A stretch of 64,000 bases of DNA, from contig JACPKM010000001.1 of NCBI GenBank assembly GCA_016187025.1, positions 448,055 to 512,054 on the forward strand. The letters are read 5' to 3'. Below are positions 48,118 to 57,938 of the stretch, piece after piece (the first letter of the stretch is position 1; every line of letters starts with the position of its first letter). The notes beneath the pieces are model-generated. The model searched no databases and was not told where the DNA came from. It saw nothing but the letters and a program-made list of their open reading frames with translations. This stretch comes from Candidatus Daviesbacteria bacterium. GTDB taxonomy: Bacteria; Patescibacteriota; Microgenomatia; Daviesbacterales; UBA10151. Both the position numbers and the translations under genes were made by a program.

Positions 48118-48859
48118 CTTGAAAAAGATTAAGTCAGTGTTAGATAGTCTACGATATCCAAATGAGTTGATTTGTGTAGTTGATGGTAAAGTGGATAATA
48201 CCTTTAAAATTGCCCAAAAGTTTGCCAGTCAATACACAAACGTAAAAACAATAGGTTACGAAACAAATAAAGGTAAGGGATATGCTGTAAGGTATGGTAT
48301 GGCAGAAAGCAAGGGTGATGTAGTTGGTTTTATAGATGCAGGAATGGATATAGATCCAAATGGTTTATCAATGCTTCTTGAGCATTTTGAATGGTACAAT
48401 GCCGACATTATCGTTGGTTCAAAAAGACATCCGGTATCCAAAGTAGCCTACCCTTGGCAAAGAAAAATTTTATCTTTTGGCTATCAAATGTTAGTATTTT
48501 TCTTGTTTGGTTTAAAAATTAGGGATACACAAGTAGGTATGAAATTTTTTAGAAGAGATGTGCTAGAAAAAGTTTTACCAAGGCTGCTGGTAAAGACTTA
48601 TGCATTTGATATTGAAATTCTGGGAGTTGCTAATTATTTAGGATTCAAAAAAATTTACGAAGCTCCTATAGAGATTAAATTGGAATTCAGAACAGGATCT
48701 GATCTAACAAGCCGTAAGTTTTTAAGGACAATAACAGCCATGTTAATTGATACCTTAGCAGTTTTTTATAGACTAAGAGTACTTCAATATTACTCAGATA
48801 AAAATCACAGGAAGTGGAGATACGATCCAGAGCTTGATTTTAGGGTAAATGTTGTTTAA
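48047..48859 (+). CDS. GT2 glycosyltransferase (Dpm1/GtrB-like)
   Basis: The motifs are ISVIVPAYKQENTI...VVDGKVDNT and FIDAGMD. A C-terminal amphipathic region is typical of polyprenyl-P-sugar synthases. Confidence 0.7.
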   Translation: MDMHPKLISVIVPAYKQENTILHDLKKIKSVLDSLRYPNELICVVDGKVDNTFKIAQKFASQYTNVKTIGYETNKGKGYAVRYGMAESKGDVVGFIDAGMDIDPNGLSMLLEHFEWYNADIIVGSKRHPVSKVAYPWQRKILSFGYQMLVFFLFGLKIRDTQVGMKFFRRDVLEKVLPRLLVKTYAFDIEILGVANYLGFKKIYEAPIEIKLEFRTGSDLTSRKFLRTITAMLIDTLAVFYRLRVLQYYSDKNHRKWRYDPELDFRVNVV

Positions 48860-48917
48860 TCCTATTAGGATCGTCTACCCACAAGTATTATTTTTTGATT
48901 GAAGGTTATAAAAGATT

Positions 48918-50045
48918 ATGAAGATTGTTATATTTTCCTGGAGAGGACCAGGTCATCCAAATGCAGGTGGAGCTGAACAGGTAACGCTAGAACACGCTAA
49001 GGGATGGGTTAAAAAGGGTTACGATGTAACGCTCTTTACCTCAACTTTCCCAGGAGGAGCCGAAAAAGAGATCATTGAAGGAGTAAAGGTAATTCGTAAA
49101 GGAGATCAAATTGTGGGTGTTAGATTAGCAGCCTGCTTTTGGTATCTGATGGGTGATCATCAAAAGTTCGACATTGTTGTTGATGAATTTCATGGACTTC
49201 CTTTCTTTACACCTCTTTTTGTAAAGACAAAAAAACTTGCCTTTATCCATGAAGTAGCAAAAGAGGTGTGGAGGTTAAACCCATGGCCTAAACCTTTAAA
49301 TCTCATTCCCTCAATTTTAGGGTTATTATTTGAGCCATTTATATTCAAACTTCTTTATGCCAATACTCCATTTATGACCGTCTCAGAATCTACGATGCAC
49401 GATTTAATAGACTGGGGAATTGATCCTAAGAACATTACTGTTATTCATAATGGTTTCAGCGCTAAGGGTATCAGGAAAAGGTACAAAAAAGAATTAATAA
49501 AAACCGTTATTTTCTTAGGGGCATTGAGTCAAGACAAGGGAATTGAAGAAGCAATAGACGTTTTTTCCTATATTTATGATAATCTAGATAAAAAATGGCA
49601 AATGTGGGTAGTTGGAAAAGGCGGAAGCAGTTACCTACATGACTTAATTTTGAAAACACAAAGCTTGGGAGTCAAAAATAAGATCAAATTTTTGGGATAT
49701 GTCGATAATAATAAAAAGTTTGAGTTACTTTCTAGGGCTCACCTTTTGATAAATACTTCAGTCAGAGAAGGGTGGGGCCTTGTTGTTATTGAAGCTGCTG
49801 CTGTTGGTGTTCCTTCGGTGGCATTTAATGTCTCCGGTCTAAAAGATTCTATTATCGATAAAAAGACAGGATTGTTATTTAGCTATGGAGATATTAAAGG
49901 TATGGCAGAGGGAATAGTGCAGTTAGTTAACGATCAAACGAAGTATAAAAAGCTAGCAAAAGAAGCAAAAAATCGTACTAAAGAATTTAATTGGAGCAAA
50001 TCTACTTTACAAAGCGGCCAATTAATAGTTGATCTAGTAGGTTGA
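48918..50045 (+). CDS. GT4 glycosyltransferase
   Basis: The GT4 signature is EGWGLVVIEAAAVGVPSVAFNVSGLKDSI. Confidence 0.75.
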   Translation: MKIVIFSWRGPGHPNAGGAEQVTLEHAKGWVKKGYDVTLFTSTFPGGAEKEIIEGVKVIRKGDQIVGVRLAACFWYLMGDHQKFDIVVDEFHGLPFFTPLFVKTKKLAFIHEVAKEVWRLNPWPKPLNLIPSILGLLFEPFIFKLLYANTPFMTVSESTMHDLIDWGIDPKNITVIHNGFSAKGIRKRYKKELIKTVIFLGALSQDKGIEEAIDVFSYIYDNLDKKWQMWVVGKGGSSYLHDLILKTQSLGVKNKIKFLGYVDNNKKFELLSRAHLLINTSVREGWGLVVIEAAAVGVPSVAFNVSGLKDSIIDKKTGLLFSYGDIKGMAEGIVQLVNDQTKYKKLAKEAKNRTKEFNWSKSTLQSGQLIVDLVG

Positions 50046-50077
50046 AATTTAACTACTAATTCACTAAACTTATTTTT

Positions 50078-51055
50078 ATGCTAAAAAAAGACAGAGTTTT
50101 AGTAACAGGAGCAGGGGGTTTTATTGGCCATCATTTAGTATCTTATCTCAAGAAAAAGGGTTATTGGATAAGGGGAGTTGATATCAAGGAACCGGAATAC
50201 GAGAAGTCCCAGGCAGACGAATTCTTAGTTTTAGATTTAAGAGAAAAAGATAATGCACTCAAGGCTACTAAGGGAGTAGACCACGTATATGCTCTGGCAG
50301 CTGATATGGGAGGTATGGGTTTTATTTCTTCTAATCATGCAACTATTCTTTATAATAATTCGATGATTAATTTAAATACAATTGAAACTGCTAGAACGAA
50401 TGGTGTGAAGAGGTACTTCTATGCTTCTTCAGCTTGTATATACCCAGAATATCGACAAAAGGAAGTAAACTTAACACCTCTGAAAGAAGAAGATGCATAT
50501 CCTGCTCAACCTCAAGATGCCTACGGATGGGAAAAGTTAGTTAGCGAAATTTTAGTTAAGTATTATCATGAAGAACATGGAATAGAGACAAGAGTGGCTC
50601 GTTTTCATAATATTTTTGGTCCTCTAGGAACCTGGGATGGGGGAAGAGAAAAAGCTCCTGCAGCAGTTTGTAGAAAAGTTGCTATAGCTAAATTAACTGG
50701 AAATCATGAAGTGGAAATTTGGGGAGATGGAAAGCAGACAAGATCATTTTGCTATATTGACGATTGCATTGAGGGGATTTACAAATTAATGATGTCAGAC
50801 TTTAGGGAACCTCTAAATATTGGTCAAGATAGAATGGTTACAATAAATCAACTAGTTGATATTATTACAGATATTGCTGGTATAAAAGTAGTAAAAAAAC
50901 ACATTACCGGTCCTCAAGGTGTCAGAGGGAGAAATTCTGATAATACGAGATTAAGAAAAGAGCTGCAATGGGAACCTGAAATTTCTTTAGAAGAGGGATT
51001 AGCCAGGACTTATAAATGGATAGAAGAACAAGTAAAAGCAAAGATTGTATCCTAA
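50078..51055 (+). CDS. NAD-dependent sugar-nucleotide epimerase with a GDP-mannose 3,5-epimerase (GME)-like signature
   Basis: The motifs are VLVTGAGGFIGHHL and YASSACIYPEYRQ...PQDAYGWEKL. The ASSACIYPE block and YxxxK closely resemble the plant/bacterial GME family. Confidence 0.55.
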   Translation: MLKKDRVLVTGAGGFIGHHLVSYLKKKGYWIRGVDIKEPEYEKSQADEFLVLDLREKDNALKATKGVDHVYALAADMGGMGFISSNHATILYNNSMINLNTIETARTNGVKRYFYASSACIYPEYRQKEVNLTPLKEEDAYPAQPQDAYGWEKLVSEILVKYYHEEHGIETRVARFHNIFGPLGTWDGGREKAPAAVCRKVAIAKLTGNHEVEIWGDGKQTRSFCYIDDCIEGIYKLMMSDFREPLNIGQDRMVTINQLVDIITDIAGIKVVKKHITGPQGVRGRNSDNTRLRKELQWEPEISLEEGLARTYKWIEEQVKAKIVS

Positions 51056-51079
51056 AGATTTATCATTTTAATAGCCTAA

Positions 51080-51841
51080 TTGATAAAACTTTTATTATTT
51101 GGTATAAAGTTTCAAATGAAAGTAACCGATAAAAAAAGGAAATATAGCGTATCTGTAATTATTCCTTGCTACAACGAGGAAGGCAATATTGAGGAGTGTA
51201 TAAGACGAGTTCCTAAACTTGGCAGTGATACTGAAATAGTCGTAGTAGATGATGGATCCAAGGATGCTACAGCAGATATAATCAAGAAACTTCGTAAAAG
51301 ATATAAAAATTTAAAACTTATGTCTTATTTTCCAAACAGAGGCAAAGGCAATGCTGTTAGGGCAGGTCTAAATGCGGCCAAAGGAGACGTCCTTATTATT
51401 CTAGATGCTGATATGGCAGTGGCTCCAGAAGAGATGAATAAATTTGTTAAGCCTCTTATTGATGGCAAAGTCGGATTTACAAACGGAACAAGATTTATTT
51501 ATAAAATGGAGAAAGGAGCTATGGGGAAAATTAACTATATAGGGAATAGATTAATGGGGTTACTGTTTACTCTGGCTATAGGACAGAAAATTACCGACAG
51601 TCTTTGTGGAACTAAGGCTTTATTCAGAAAAGATTACAAAAAAATAGGAATTCATAAAGATGATCCATGGGGAGATTTCTCTTTAATTTTTGGAGCTGCT
51701 AGATTAGGACTCAAGATTCAAGAGATATCTATACACTACAAAAAACGGGTGGCCGGTAAGTCAAAAATGAAATTAATAGAACATGGTACGAAGTTATTCT
51801 ATATATGGTTTAGACAATTCCAGCAATATCGTTTTCAGTAA
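51080..51841 (+). CDS. GT2 glycosyltransferase (Dpm1/GtrB-like polyprenyl-phosphate-sugar synthase)
   Basis: The motifs are VSVIIPCYNEEGNIEECI...VVVDDGSKDATA and ILDADMA. Confidence 0.75.
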   Translation: MIKLLLFGIKFQMKVTDKKRKYSVSVIIPCYNEEGNIEECIRRVPKLGSDTEIVVVDDGSKDATADIIKKLRKRYKNLKLMSYFPNRGKGNAVRAGLNAAKGDVLIILDADMAVAPEEMNKFVKPLIDGKVGFTNGTRFIYKMEKGAMGKINYIGNRLMGLLFTLAIGQKITDSLCGTKALFRKDYKKIGIHKDDPWGDFSLIFGAARLGLKIQEISIHYKKRVAGKSKMKLIEHGTKLFYIWFRQFQQYRFQ

Positions 51842-51854
51842 GTTTTGTTTTTCT

Positions 51855-52583
51855 ATGAGGAAAAAAGCCAAAAATGAGCATCTCCAGAAGTTGAACCTTT
51901 TTATCAAACAACAACAGCACCTTAAGAAAGTTTATGCCCAGGTAAAAGGTATCTATTTGATAAATGAAAAGATTGGGTTAGTAATGGGAGGACATGGGCT
52001 TGATCATGTTCAAAGAGTCGCTGGAATGTCAGCGGTATTATCCTCACTGGAAGGAGTAAGCCCTTATCTACCAATTTTGGCAGCTTTAATACATGATTTA
52101 GGACGTATTAGCAACGACCCTAGAGCTAAAACTTACTTACATGGACAGTTATCTGTGAAAATGTCCAAAGAGATTTGAACCTCACTGCCTTTAACTGCAG
52201 AGGAGAGGATCATAGTTCAAAATGCAGTGATTGATCACCCTTTACTTAATGATAAGGTAAGAGTGAACTGGCTAGTGAAGGTATTGATGGATGCCGATAG
52301 ATTGGATAGTATGGGAGCGCTGGGTCCAGTAAGAGCAGCAGCTACGAGGTGGAATCTTCCCCTCTATACTGATAAAAAAATTGAATCTGCAGAGGAAAAA
52401 GACATAAAATCCATATTTCAGGATTTTTCCATCAGAGTCCCTAAAATCTATAATTCATTATGGACTAAATCAGCTCGTCAAATTGCCAGGTCCAGAATTC
52501 AATTTTTAAGGGTATTTATCAAAGAGTATGAAAAAGAGGCTCACTTTATGTTAAAAAGTTTTCATGATCTAGAAATTGAGTAA
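51855..52583 (+). pseudogene. HD-domain phosphohydrolase gene interrupted by a single in-frame TGA (52176-52178). The two tracked ORFs 51783..52178 and 52227..52583 are in the same frame.
   Basis: The upstream part carries the H...HD motif (LDHVQRVAG...ALIHDLGR). The downstream part carries DADRLD. Translating through the TGA gives a continuous sensible sequence (...KEI*TSLPLTAEERIIVQNAVIDHPLLND...). Confidence 0.5.
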
Positions 52584-52606
52584 AATATGTTATATTCTCA
52601 TTACTT

Positions 52607-55102
52607 GTGTCAATAATAAAATATATTTTAGTAACTGGCTCTGGTGGATTGATTGGTTCTGAAGCAGTCAACTTTTTTTGCAAGAATGACTACCAGGTAG
52701 TTGGGATCGACAATAATATGCGGGCATATTATTTTGGAAATGAAGGAAGTACGCATGAAAGTATTGAGAAGCATCAGAAAATCTATAAAAATTACAAACA
52801 TTTTAATATTGATATCCGAGAGAAAGAAGCGATAGAAGAAATTTTTAGAAAGTATAAATTTGATTTAATCATTCATACTGCCGCTCAACCTTCTCATGAT
52901 TGGGCTGCTAAAGAACCGTTAACGGATTTTAGCGTAAATGCCAATGGGACTCTAATATTATTAGAGAATTTTAGAAAATACTCATCAGAAGGAGTGTTTA
53001 TATTTACCTCTACTAATAAGGTTTATGGAGATAATCCTAATTTCTTGCCACTTGTAGAGAACAAAACAAGATTTGAGATAGATTCTAAACATAAGTATAA
53101 GAATGGAATAACAGAGGATATGCCGTTGGATAATACTACCCATAGCCTTTTTGGGGTTTCTAAAGCAGCAGCCGATTTGATGGTACAAGAGTATGGTAGA
53201 TATTTTAATTTAAAAACAGGTATCTTTAGGGGCGGGTGTTTAACAGGTTCGGGTCACGCGGGAGTACAGCAACATGGATTCTTATCGTACCTGGTTAAAT
53301 GTATTGTGACCGGCAGGAAATATACAATTTTTGGATACAAGGGTAAGCAGGTGAGAGATAATATTCACGCGCACGATTTAATTAACGCCTTTTATCACTT
53401 TTACCAAAAACCCCATATAGGGGAAGTTTACAATATTGGGGGGTCAAGGTTTGCCAATATTTCGATGCTAGAGGCAATAAAAAAAATTGAAGATATTTCA
53501 GATAGGAAATCAAATATTGAGTACATTGACCAAAATAGAATTGGAGATCACATTTGGTATGTATCTTGTATTGATAAGTTCAAAAACAGTTATCCCGACT
53601 GGAAGTATGAGTACGATATTGATGCTACTATAGAAGACATTTGCAGGAATAGTTACTTTGCTAAAAAAGTGTTCTCATTCTCGGTAGCTAAAAATTTAGA
53701 CTACTGGAGAGAAAAAAATTGGTATTACCATAACTTGTTGAGACAAATATTTAAAGAGGCTATCCCTGAGGGTTCAAAGGTATTACAAGTAGGTTACGGA
53801 TTGGGTGATATATTAGCATCGTTATTTCCTAAAAAAGGTGTAAGTATTGATGTTGACGACGATGTAGTTACGGTTTCAAAACGCAGATATCCCTACATCA
53901 AGTTTTTAAAAGCAGATCCAGAAAAGATTGGCCTAAAGAATAGGTTTGATTATGCGATTTTTCCAAATTCTGTCGATCACTTTACAGATATTCAACTTGT
54001 TTTGGAGAGAGTAAGTAGTGTTCTAAACAATAAGGGAAAAATTGTTATTGCTGGAATTAATCCAAGGTGGGAGCAAATATTTTATATATTAGAAAAACTC
54101 AATTTAAAAAGAAATGAACCTCCGCGAAATTGGTTGAGAATAGAGAATTTGAAAAACTTAGTAACTGTTTCTGGATATGAAGTAACAGATTATGGTTTCA
54201 GGATTTTAGTTCCAATGCATATCCCTGTTATAAGTAGGGTGATTAACAGGTTGGTAAAAAATGTAAAGTTCTTATCGCGTTTTTGCGTTGAACAATACGT
54301 CGTAGGCGAAAAGAAAAAAATTGTTATAGATAAAAAATTGACAACATCAATTATTATTCCCCATTTCAATCAATACGAAGATTTAAAAAAATGCTTACAA
54401 GAGCTTCCCAAAATTGGGAAAAAAACAGAGGTTGTATTGGTGGATTATGGTTCTGACAGTAACATTGTAGATCTGGTAAAAAGACTTATAAAAGGGTATA
54501 AAAACATAGAATTTATTGCTACTAAATGCGGGCGAAAAGAAGCGATTAAGCTAGGTTTAAACGCAGCTTCGGGAGATATATTCATAATTTATGAAGCAGA
54601 GATGGGTGTGCCAGCTACAGAACTAGTCAGCCTATACAAGTTATTGGCATCTAAACAAGCAGATTTTGTAAACGGTACTAGGCATATTTACCCCTTGAAG
54701 GGGCAACGTCTGCGTCAATTAAATATAATTGTTAACCTTCTATTTGGATGGTTTTATACTTGGTTACTAGGGCAGCAAGTAACTGATCTTTTATGTAATG
54801 TAAAAGCGTTGTGTAAAGAAGACTATGCGAAACTCAAAATAAACGGAAAAATAGATAGCAACTTTGATCTTCTTTTTGCTGCTGCAACAAATAATTTAAA
54901 AATTGTAGAATTACCAGTGCACTACCGCAAAAATTTCTCAGCTAAGTCAAATATAGAATTATTCAAACATATAGTTTTACTTGTTCAGATGGGTTTATTT
55001 GGTCTTTGGAGTATGAAGATTAAATCTTTACTTAAGGTGAGAACAAAGAAGATATCTTTACCGCGTGGAAAAAAATTAATCTTAGATCTTGTAGGGAAAT
55101 AA
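52607..55102 (+). CDS. Tri-domain fusion protein. The N-terminal extended-SDR domain is CDP-tyvelose-2-epimerase-like with Tyr->Phe at the YxxxK position. The middle domain is a class I SAM-dependent methyltransferase. The C-terminal domain is GT2 (Dpm1-like). GTG start.
   Basis: The SDR motifs are [23 protein letters not shown] and FGVSKAAAD (F where Y is expected), plus GKQVRD..H..D and NIGG. The MTase has [10 protein letters not shown] (motif I). The GT2 has [14 protein letters not shown]...[10 protein letters not shown], and YEAEM replaces the DAD motif. Confidence 0.65.
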   Translation: MSIIKYILVTGSGGLIGSEAVNFFCKNDYQVVGIDNNMRAYYFGNEGSTHESIEKHQKIYKNYKHFNIDIREKEAIEEIFRKYKFDLIIHTAAQPSHDWAAKEPLTDFSVNANGTLILLENFRKYSSEGVFIFTSTNKVYGDNPNFLPLVENKTRFEIDSKHKYKNGITEDMPLDNTTHSLFGVSKAAADLMVQEYGRYFNLKTGIFRGGCLTGSGHAGVQQHGFLSYLVKCIVTGRKYTIFGYKGKQVRDNIHAHDLINAFYHFYQKPHIGEVYNIGGSRFANISMLEAIKKIEDISDRKSNIEYIDQNRIGDHIWYVSCIDKFKNSYPDWKYEYDIDATIEDICRNSYFAKKVFSFSVAKNLDYWREKNWYYHNLLRQIFKEAIPEGSKVLQVGYGLGDILASLFPKKGVSIDVDDDVVTVSKRRYPYIKFLKADPEKIGLKNRFDYAIFPNSVDHFTDIQLVLERVSSVLNNKGKIVIAGINPRWEQIFYILEKLNLKRNEPPRNWLRIENLKNLVTVSGYEVTDYGFRILVPMHIPVISRVINRLVKNVKFLSRFCVEQYVVGEKKKIVIDKKLTTSIIIPHFNQYEDLKKCLQELPKIGKKTEVVLVDYGSDSNIVDLVKRLIKGYKNIEFIATKCGRKEAIKLGLNAASGDIFIIYEAEMGVPATELVSLYKLLASKQADFVNGTRHIYPLKGQRLRQLNIIVNLLFGWFYTWLLGQQVTDLLCNVKALCKEDYAKLKINGKIDSNFDLLFAAATNNLKIVELPVHYRKNFSAKSNIELFKHIVLLVQMGLFGLWSMKIKSLLKVRTKKISLPRGKKLILDLVGK

Positions 55103-55110
55103 GTCTTTTT

Positions 55111-56100
55111 ATGATAGTCATTACTGGAGCGAATGGTTTTGTGGGGCAAAAATTGGCACCCCTAGCTTTAAACTATTTTAAACCATCAGATATTCTATGT
55201 TTAATCCATAATGAAAATTCCCATTTGGAAAAAAGAGGTATTAAAATTTTAAAAAAGTTTGGATTAAAAACTTTAGAGGTCGATTTAGTTACAGGTAAAA
55301 ATTTAGATTTTGTTCCTAAGTCACCCGAATTTGTTATTCATTTGGCTGCGAATACCGACACTTCAAAATCTGATCACAGGGTAAACGATATTGGGACCAA
55401 AAATCTATTAGCAGTTTTATCGGGCATTGGTCCTAAAACGCATTTTATATATACTGGTACAACTGTATTGATGAGTGGAAGGGTTAAATGTCATAAACCC
55501 TTTAGTGAAAAGGATAGAGCAAATCCTACGAATGAGTATGGCAGAACTAAATTACGGGCGGAGAAGATATTACAAGAAGCTTGTCAGGAAAAGAAGTTTA
55601 GCTTAACAATAGCCAGGTTGAATACCGTCTATGGAGGAGACCCCAGAGAGCATAAGATGTTTAAAGTTTTGGAAAAAGATATAAAAAAGAGTAAATTCAC
55701 AACAAGGCTTAACTGGCCAGGTAAGACAAGCATAGTGCATGTTGATGACGTGGCAAAAGCCTTGCTTATGCTGTTAAAAAAACCGCCAAAACCAGGTCAA
55801 TCAGAGCTTGTTTTGCTATCTGCAGAATCTCCAACTTTCTCTGAAATCATTAAAGTTATGCATGAGAAGATGGGTTATAGTTATAAACCAATTAATCTCC
55901 CCGCTTTTTTTTGGAAACTCTTATCTAACAATAGAAAATTTATATTATATTTAGAAAAAATTACCCCTCCCAGCTTGTATAATCTATTTTGGAGATTAGG
56001 TTTAATTGTAGATGATGTTATATGGTGTGAAAGCATTAATGTTCCAAGGAAATTGTCAAATTGGAATCCTAAAAAAATTATAGAGGTTGAGAAATTTTAG
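55111..56100 (+). CDS. NAD(P)-dependent epimerase/dehydratase/reductase (extended SDR), generic
   Basis: The motifs are IVITGANGFVGQKL and YGRTK (YxxxK). The protein is 329 aa. It could be the 4-keto-6-deoxyhexose reductase partner of Gmd/GME, but the sequence alone does not resolve this. Confidence 0.6.
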   Translation: MIVITGANGFVGQKLAPLALNYFKPSDILCLIHNENSHLEKRGIKILKKFGLKTLEVDLVTGKNLDFVPKSPEFVIHLAANTDTSKSDHRVNDIGTKNLLAVLSGIGPKTHFIYTGTTVLMSGRVKCHKPFSEKDRANPTNEYGRTKLRAEKILQEACQEKKFSLTIARLNTVYGGDPREHKMFKVLEKDIKKSKFTTRLNWPGKTSIVHVDDVAKALLMLLKKPPKPGQSELVLLSAESPTFSEIIKVMHEKMGYSYKPINLPAFFWKLLSNNRKFILYLEKITPPSLYNLFWRLGLIVDDVIWCESINVPRKLSNWNPKKIIEVEKF

Positions 56101-56153
56101 TAGCCTCGTAAAAAGGCCTTGCGAAATAAATAACCATCCTTTATTATTGACTG

Positions 56154-56660
56154 ATGTTTAAGAAAAATGTACTCATTGCCTTCTTTTTAGCTGTTATATT
56201 GATCCTTCCAGCAATAAAGATAACTTATGCAAATAATACAGCAATAGACCTACCGAAAACGCAAATAAATCCGGGATCTTTTTATTATTCTTTCAAGAGA
56301 TTATGGGAGAAAGGAATGACAATACTTAATTTCTCTGAGGAGTCTAAAATCCCGTATTATGATTCATTAGTTGCAATTCGTTTGGCGGAACTTGACTACG
56401 TAGTTAAAAACAAAATACTCTCCGAAATCGAAACATCTTCTCAGCGCTTTGCTTATTATGCAGGCACACTAACTGGGGAGTTGACTAAATTAAATAAATC
56501 GGATAAAAATAAACAAGTGATTGGGAAATACATGAAATACAAAGTTTTCTTAGAGCAGTTAAGAGATAACTTTCCCGTAAACTCAAGTTACTGGATGTTG
56601 TTGCAACACGACATCAATTCTTTAGATAATTATATTGAGAAATTAAATAAAACTACGTAA
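56154..56660 (+). CDS. Hypothetical secreted or lipid-anchored protein (N-terminal signal peptide or TM anchor)
   Basis: The protein is 168 aa. The N-terminal hydrophobic segment is LIAFFLAVILILPAIKITYA. It has no recognisable motifs. Confidence 0.35.
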   Translation: MFKKNVLIAFFLAVILILPAIKITYANNTAIDLPKTQINPGSFYYSFKRLWEKGMTILNFSEESKIPYYDSLVAIRLAELDYVVKNKILSEIETSSQRFAYYAGTLTGELTKLNKSDKNKQVIGKYMKYKVFLEQLRDNFPVNSSYWMLLQHDINSLDNYIEKLNKTT

Positions 56661-56669
56661 ACTTCTAAT

Positions 56670-57938
56670 ATGAAAAATTCATTGTCTAAAAACTCACATA
56701 GAATAAAGGAGGTAAATAAATTAAAAGACTGTAGAGTTTGTGGTGGAACCTCACTTTTAACTTTTTTACAGCTTGGCCCAACTCCAGCTCCTAATGGATT
56801 TTTAGATAAAATGCAATTGAATAATTCTGAAAAGTTCTATCCTCTTGATGTATGTTTTTGTGAAAGCTGTGGAATGGTTCAACTGGCTCATGTTGTATCT
56901 CCGAAAGTAATGTTTAGTAACTACGTTTATATACCCTCAACTTCAGTAACAATGCAAGGACATTTTAATAAGTTATCGATAGATGCTATTAAAAGGACAA
57001 ATGCCGAAAGAGGGAATTTAGTCGTAGACATTGGTAGCAACGACGGAACCTTACTTAAGTTTTTTAAGGAATCAGAAATGCAGATCCTAGGAGTTGATCC
57101 AGCAGTGAATTTAGCAGATAAGGCGAACAAAGAAGAGATTGAAACCATTTGTGACTTATTTACCAGAGATTTAGCAAAAAGAATTAGAAAAGAGAAGGGA
57201 GAAGCAAAAATTATTACCGCTACTAACGTTTTCGCGCACGCTCCGGATTTACATGATTTTGTGGAAGGGGTGAAGGCTTTATTGTCTGATGATGGATTAT
57301 TCATAATTGAGTTTCCTTATTTGATTGATCTTCTTGAAAAGGTAGAGTTCGATACTATTTACCAAGAGCATTTGTCCTATATTGCTTTAACCCCTCTTAA
57401 TAAACTCTTGGAGAAGCATGGTATGTACTTGATAGATGCTAAGAGAATACCTGTACATGGCGGATCGATTAGGGTATACGTTAGTAAAGTTAACAAAGCC
57501 TCTTCCCAAAAGTTTAAATCATTAATAAAGCTTGAGAAAAAAAAGGGAATCTTAAATAGAGAAACCTATCTTAAATTTAGAAAAAGAGTTGATAATATAA
57601 GACATGATCTCGTCCAGCTTCTCTGGAGTCTAAGGCTTAAAGATAAGAAAATTGTTGGATATGGAGCGTCAGCAAAGGGAAATGTTACTCTTAATTACTG
57701 TCGGATTGGACCTGAAACACTTGACTACATTGTTGATTCGATCTCTTATAAGCAAGGTAAATTTACTCCAGGGATGCATATTCAAATACATCCTGAGAAA
57801 AAATTATTGGAAGACCAACCTGATTATACTCTTATACTGGCCTGGAACTTTGCCGACGAGATAATTAACAAACAAGAAGAATATAGGAAAAAGGGTGGAA
57901 AATTTATCTTGATGCTCCCTGAAGTTAGGATAGTCTAA
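56670..57938 (+). CDS. NDP-hexose C-methyltransferase (TylCIII-like: zinc-ribbon, SAM-MTase and C-terminal C-methyltransferase domains)
   Basis: The N-terminal zinc ribbon is CRVCGG...CESCGMVQL. The SAM-binding motif is VVDIGSNDGTLLKFF. The protein is about 420 aa. This architecture is typical of sugar 3-C-methyltransferases. Confidence 0.6.
   Translation: MKNSLSKNSHRIKEVNKLKDCRVCGGTSLLTFLQLGPTPAPNGFLDKMQLNNSEKFYPLDVCFCESCGMVQLAHVVSPKVMFSNYVYIPSTSVTMQGHFNKLSIDAIKRTNAERGNLVVDIGSNDGTLLKFFKESEMQILGVDPAVNLADKANKEEIETICDLFTRDLAKRIRKEKGEAKIITATNVFAHAPDLHDFVEGVKALLSDDGLFIIEFPYLIDLLEKVEFDTIYQEHLSYIALTPLNKLLEKHGMYLIDAKRIPVHGGSIRVYVSKVNKASSQKFKSLIKLEKKKGILNRETYLKFRKRVDNIRHDLVQLLWSLRLKDKKIVGYGASAKGNVTLNYCRIGPETLDYIVDSISYKQGKFTPGMHIQIHPEKKLLEDQPDYTLILAWNFADEIINKQEEYRKKGGKFILMLPEVRIV

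Noticed and set aside
52176-52230. Selenocysteine insertion at the in-frame TGA
   Set aside because: Only a 4-bp CTGC/GCAG stem lies downstream, with no bSECIS-like hairpin and apical GU motif. HD-domain proteins are not a known selenoprotein family. I kept it only as a minor alternative in the findings.
51783-52583. Alternative genetic code (UGA=Gly, code 25) to explain the in-frame TGA in the HD-domain gene
   Set aside because: TGA terminates other well-delimited genes in the window, for example the genes ending at 30182 and 44562. ORF boundaries elsewhere are consistent with standard code 11.
56101-56153. AAGGCCTT palindrome in the intergenic spacer as a terminator
   Set aside because: It is a self-complementary 8-mer with no loop and no downstream T-tract. 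It is unlikely to form a functional hairpin.
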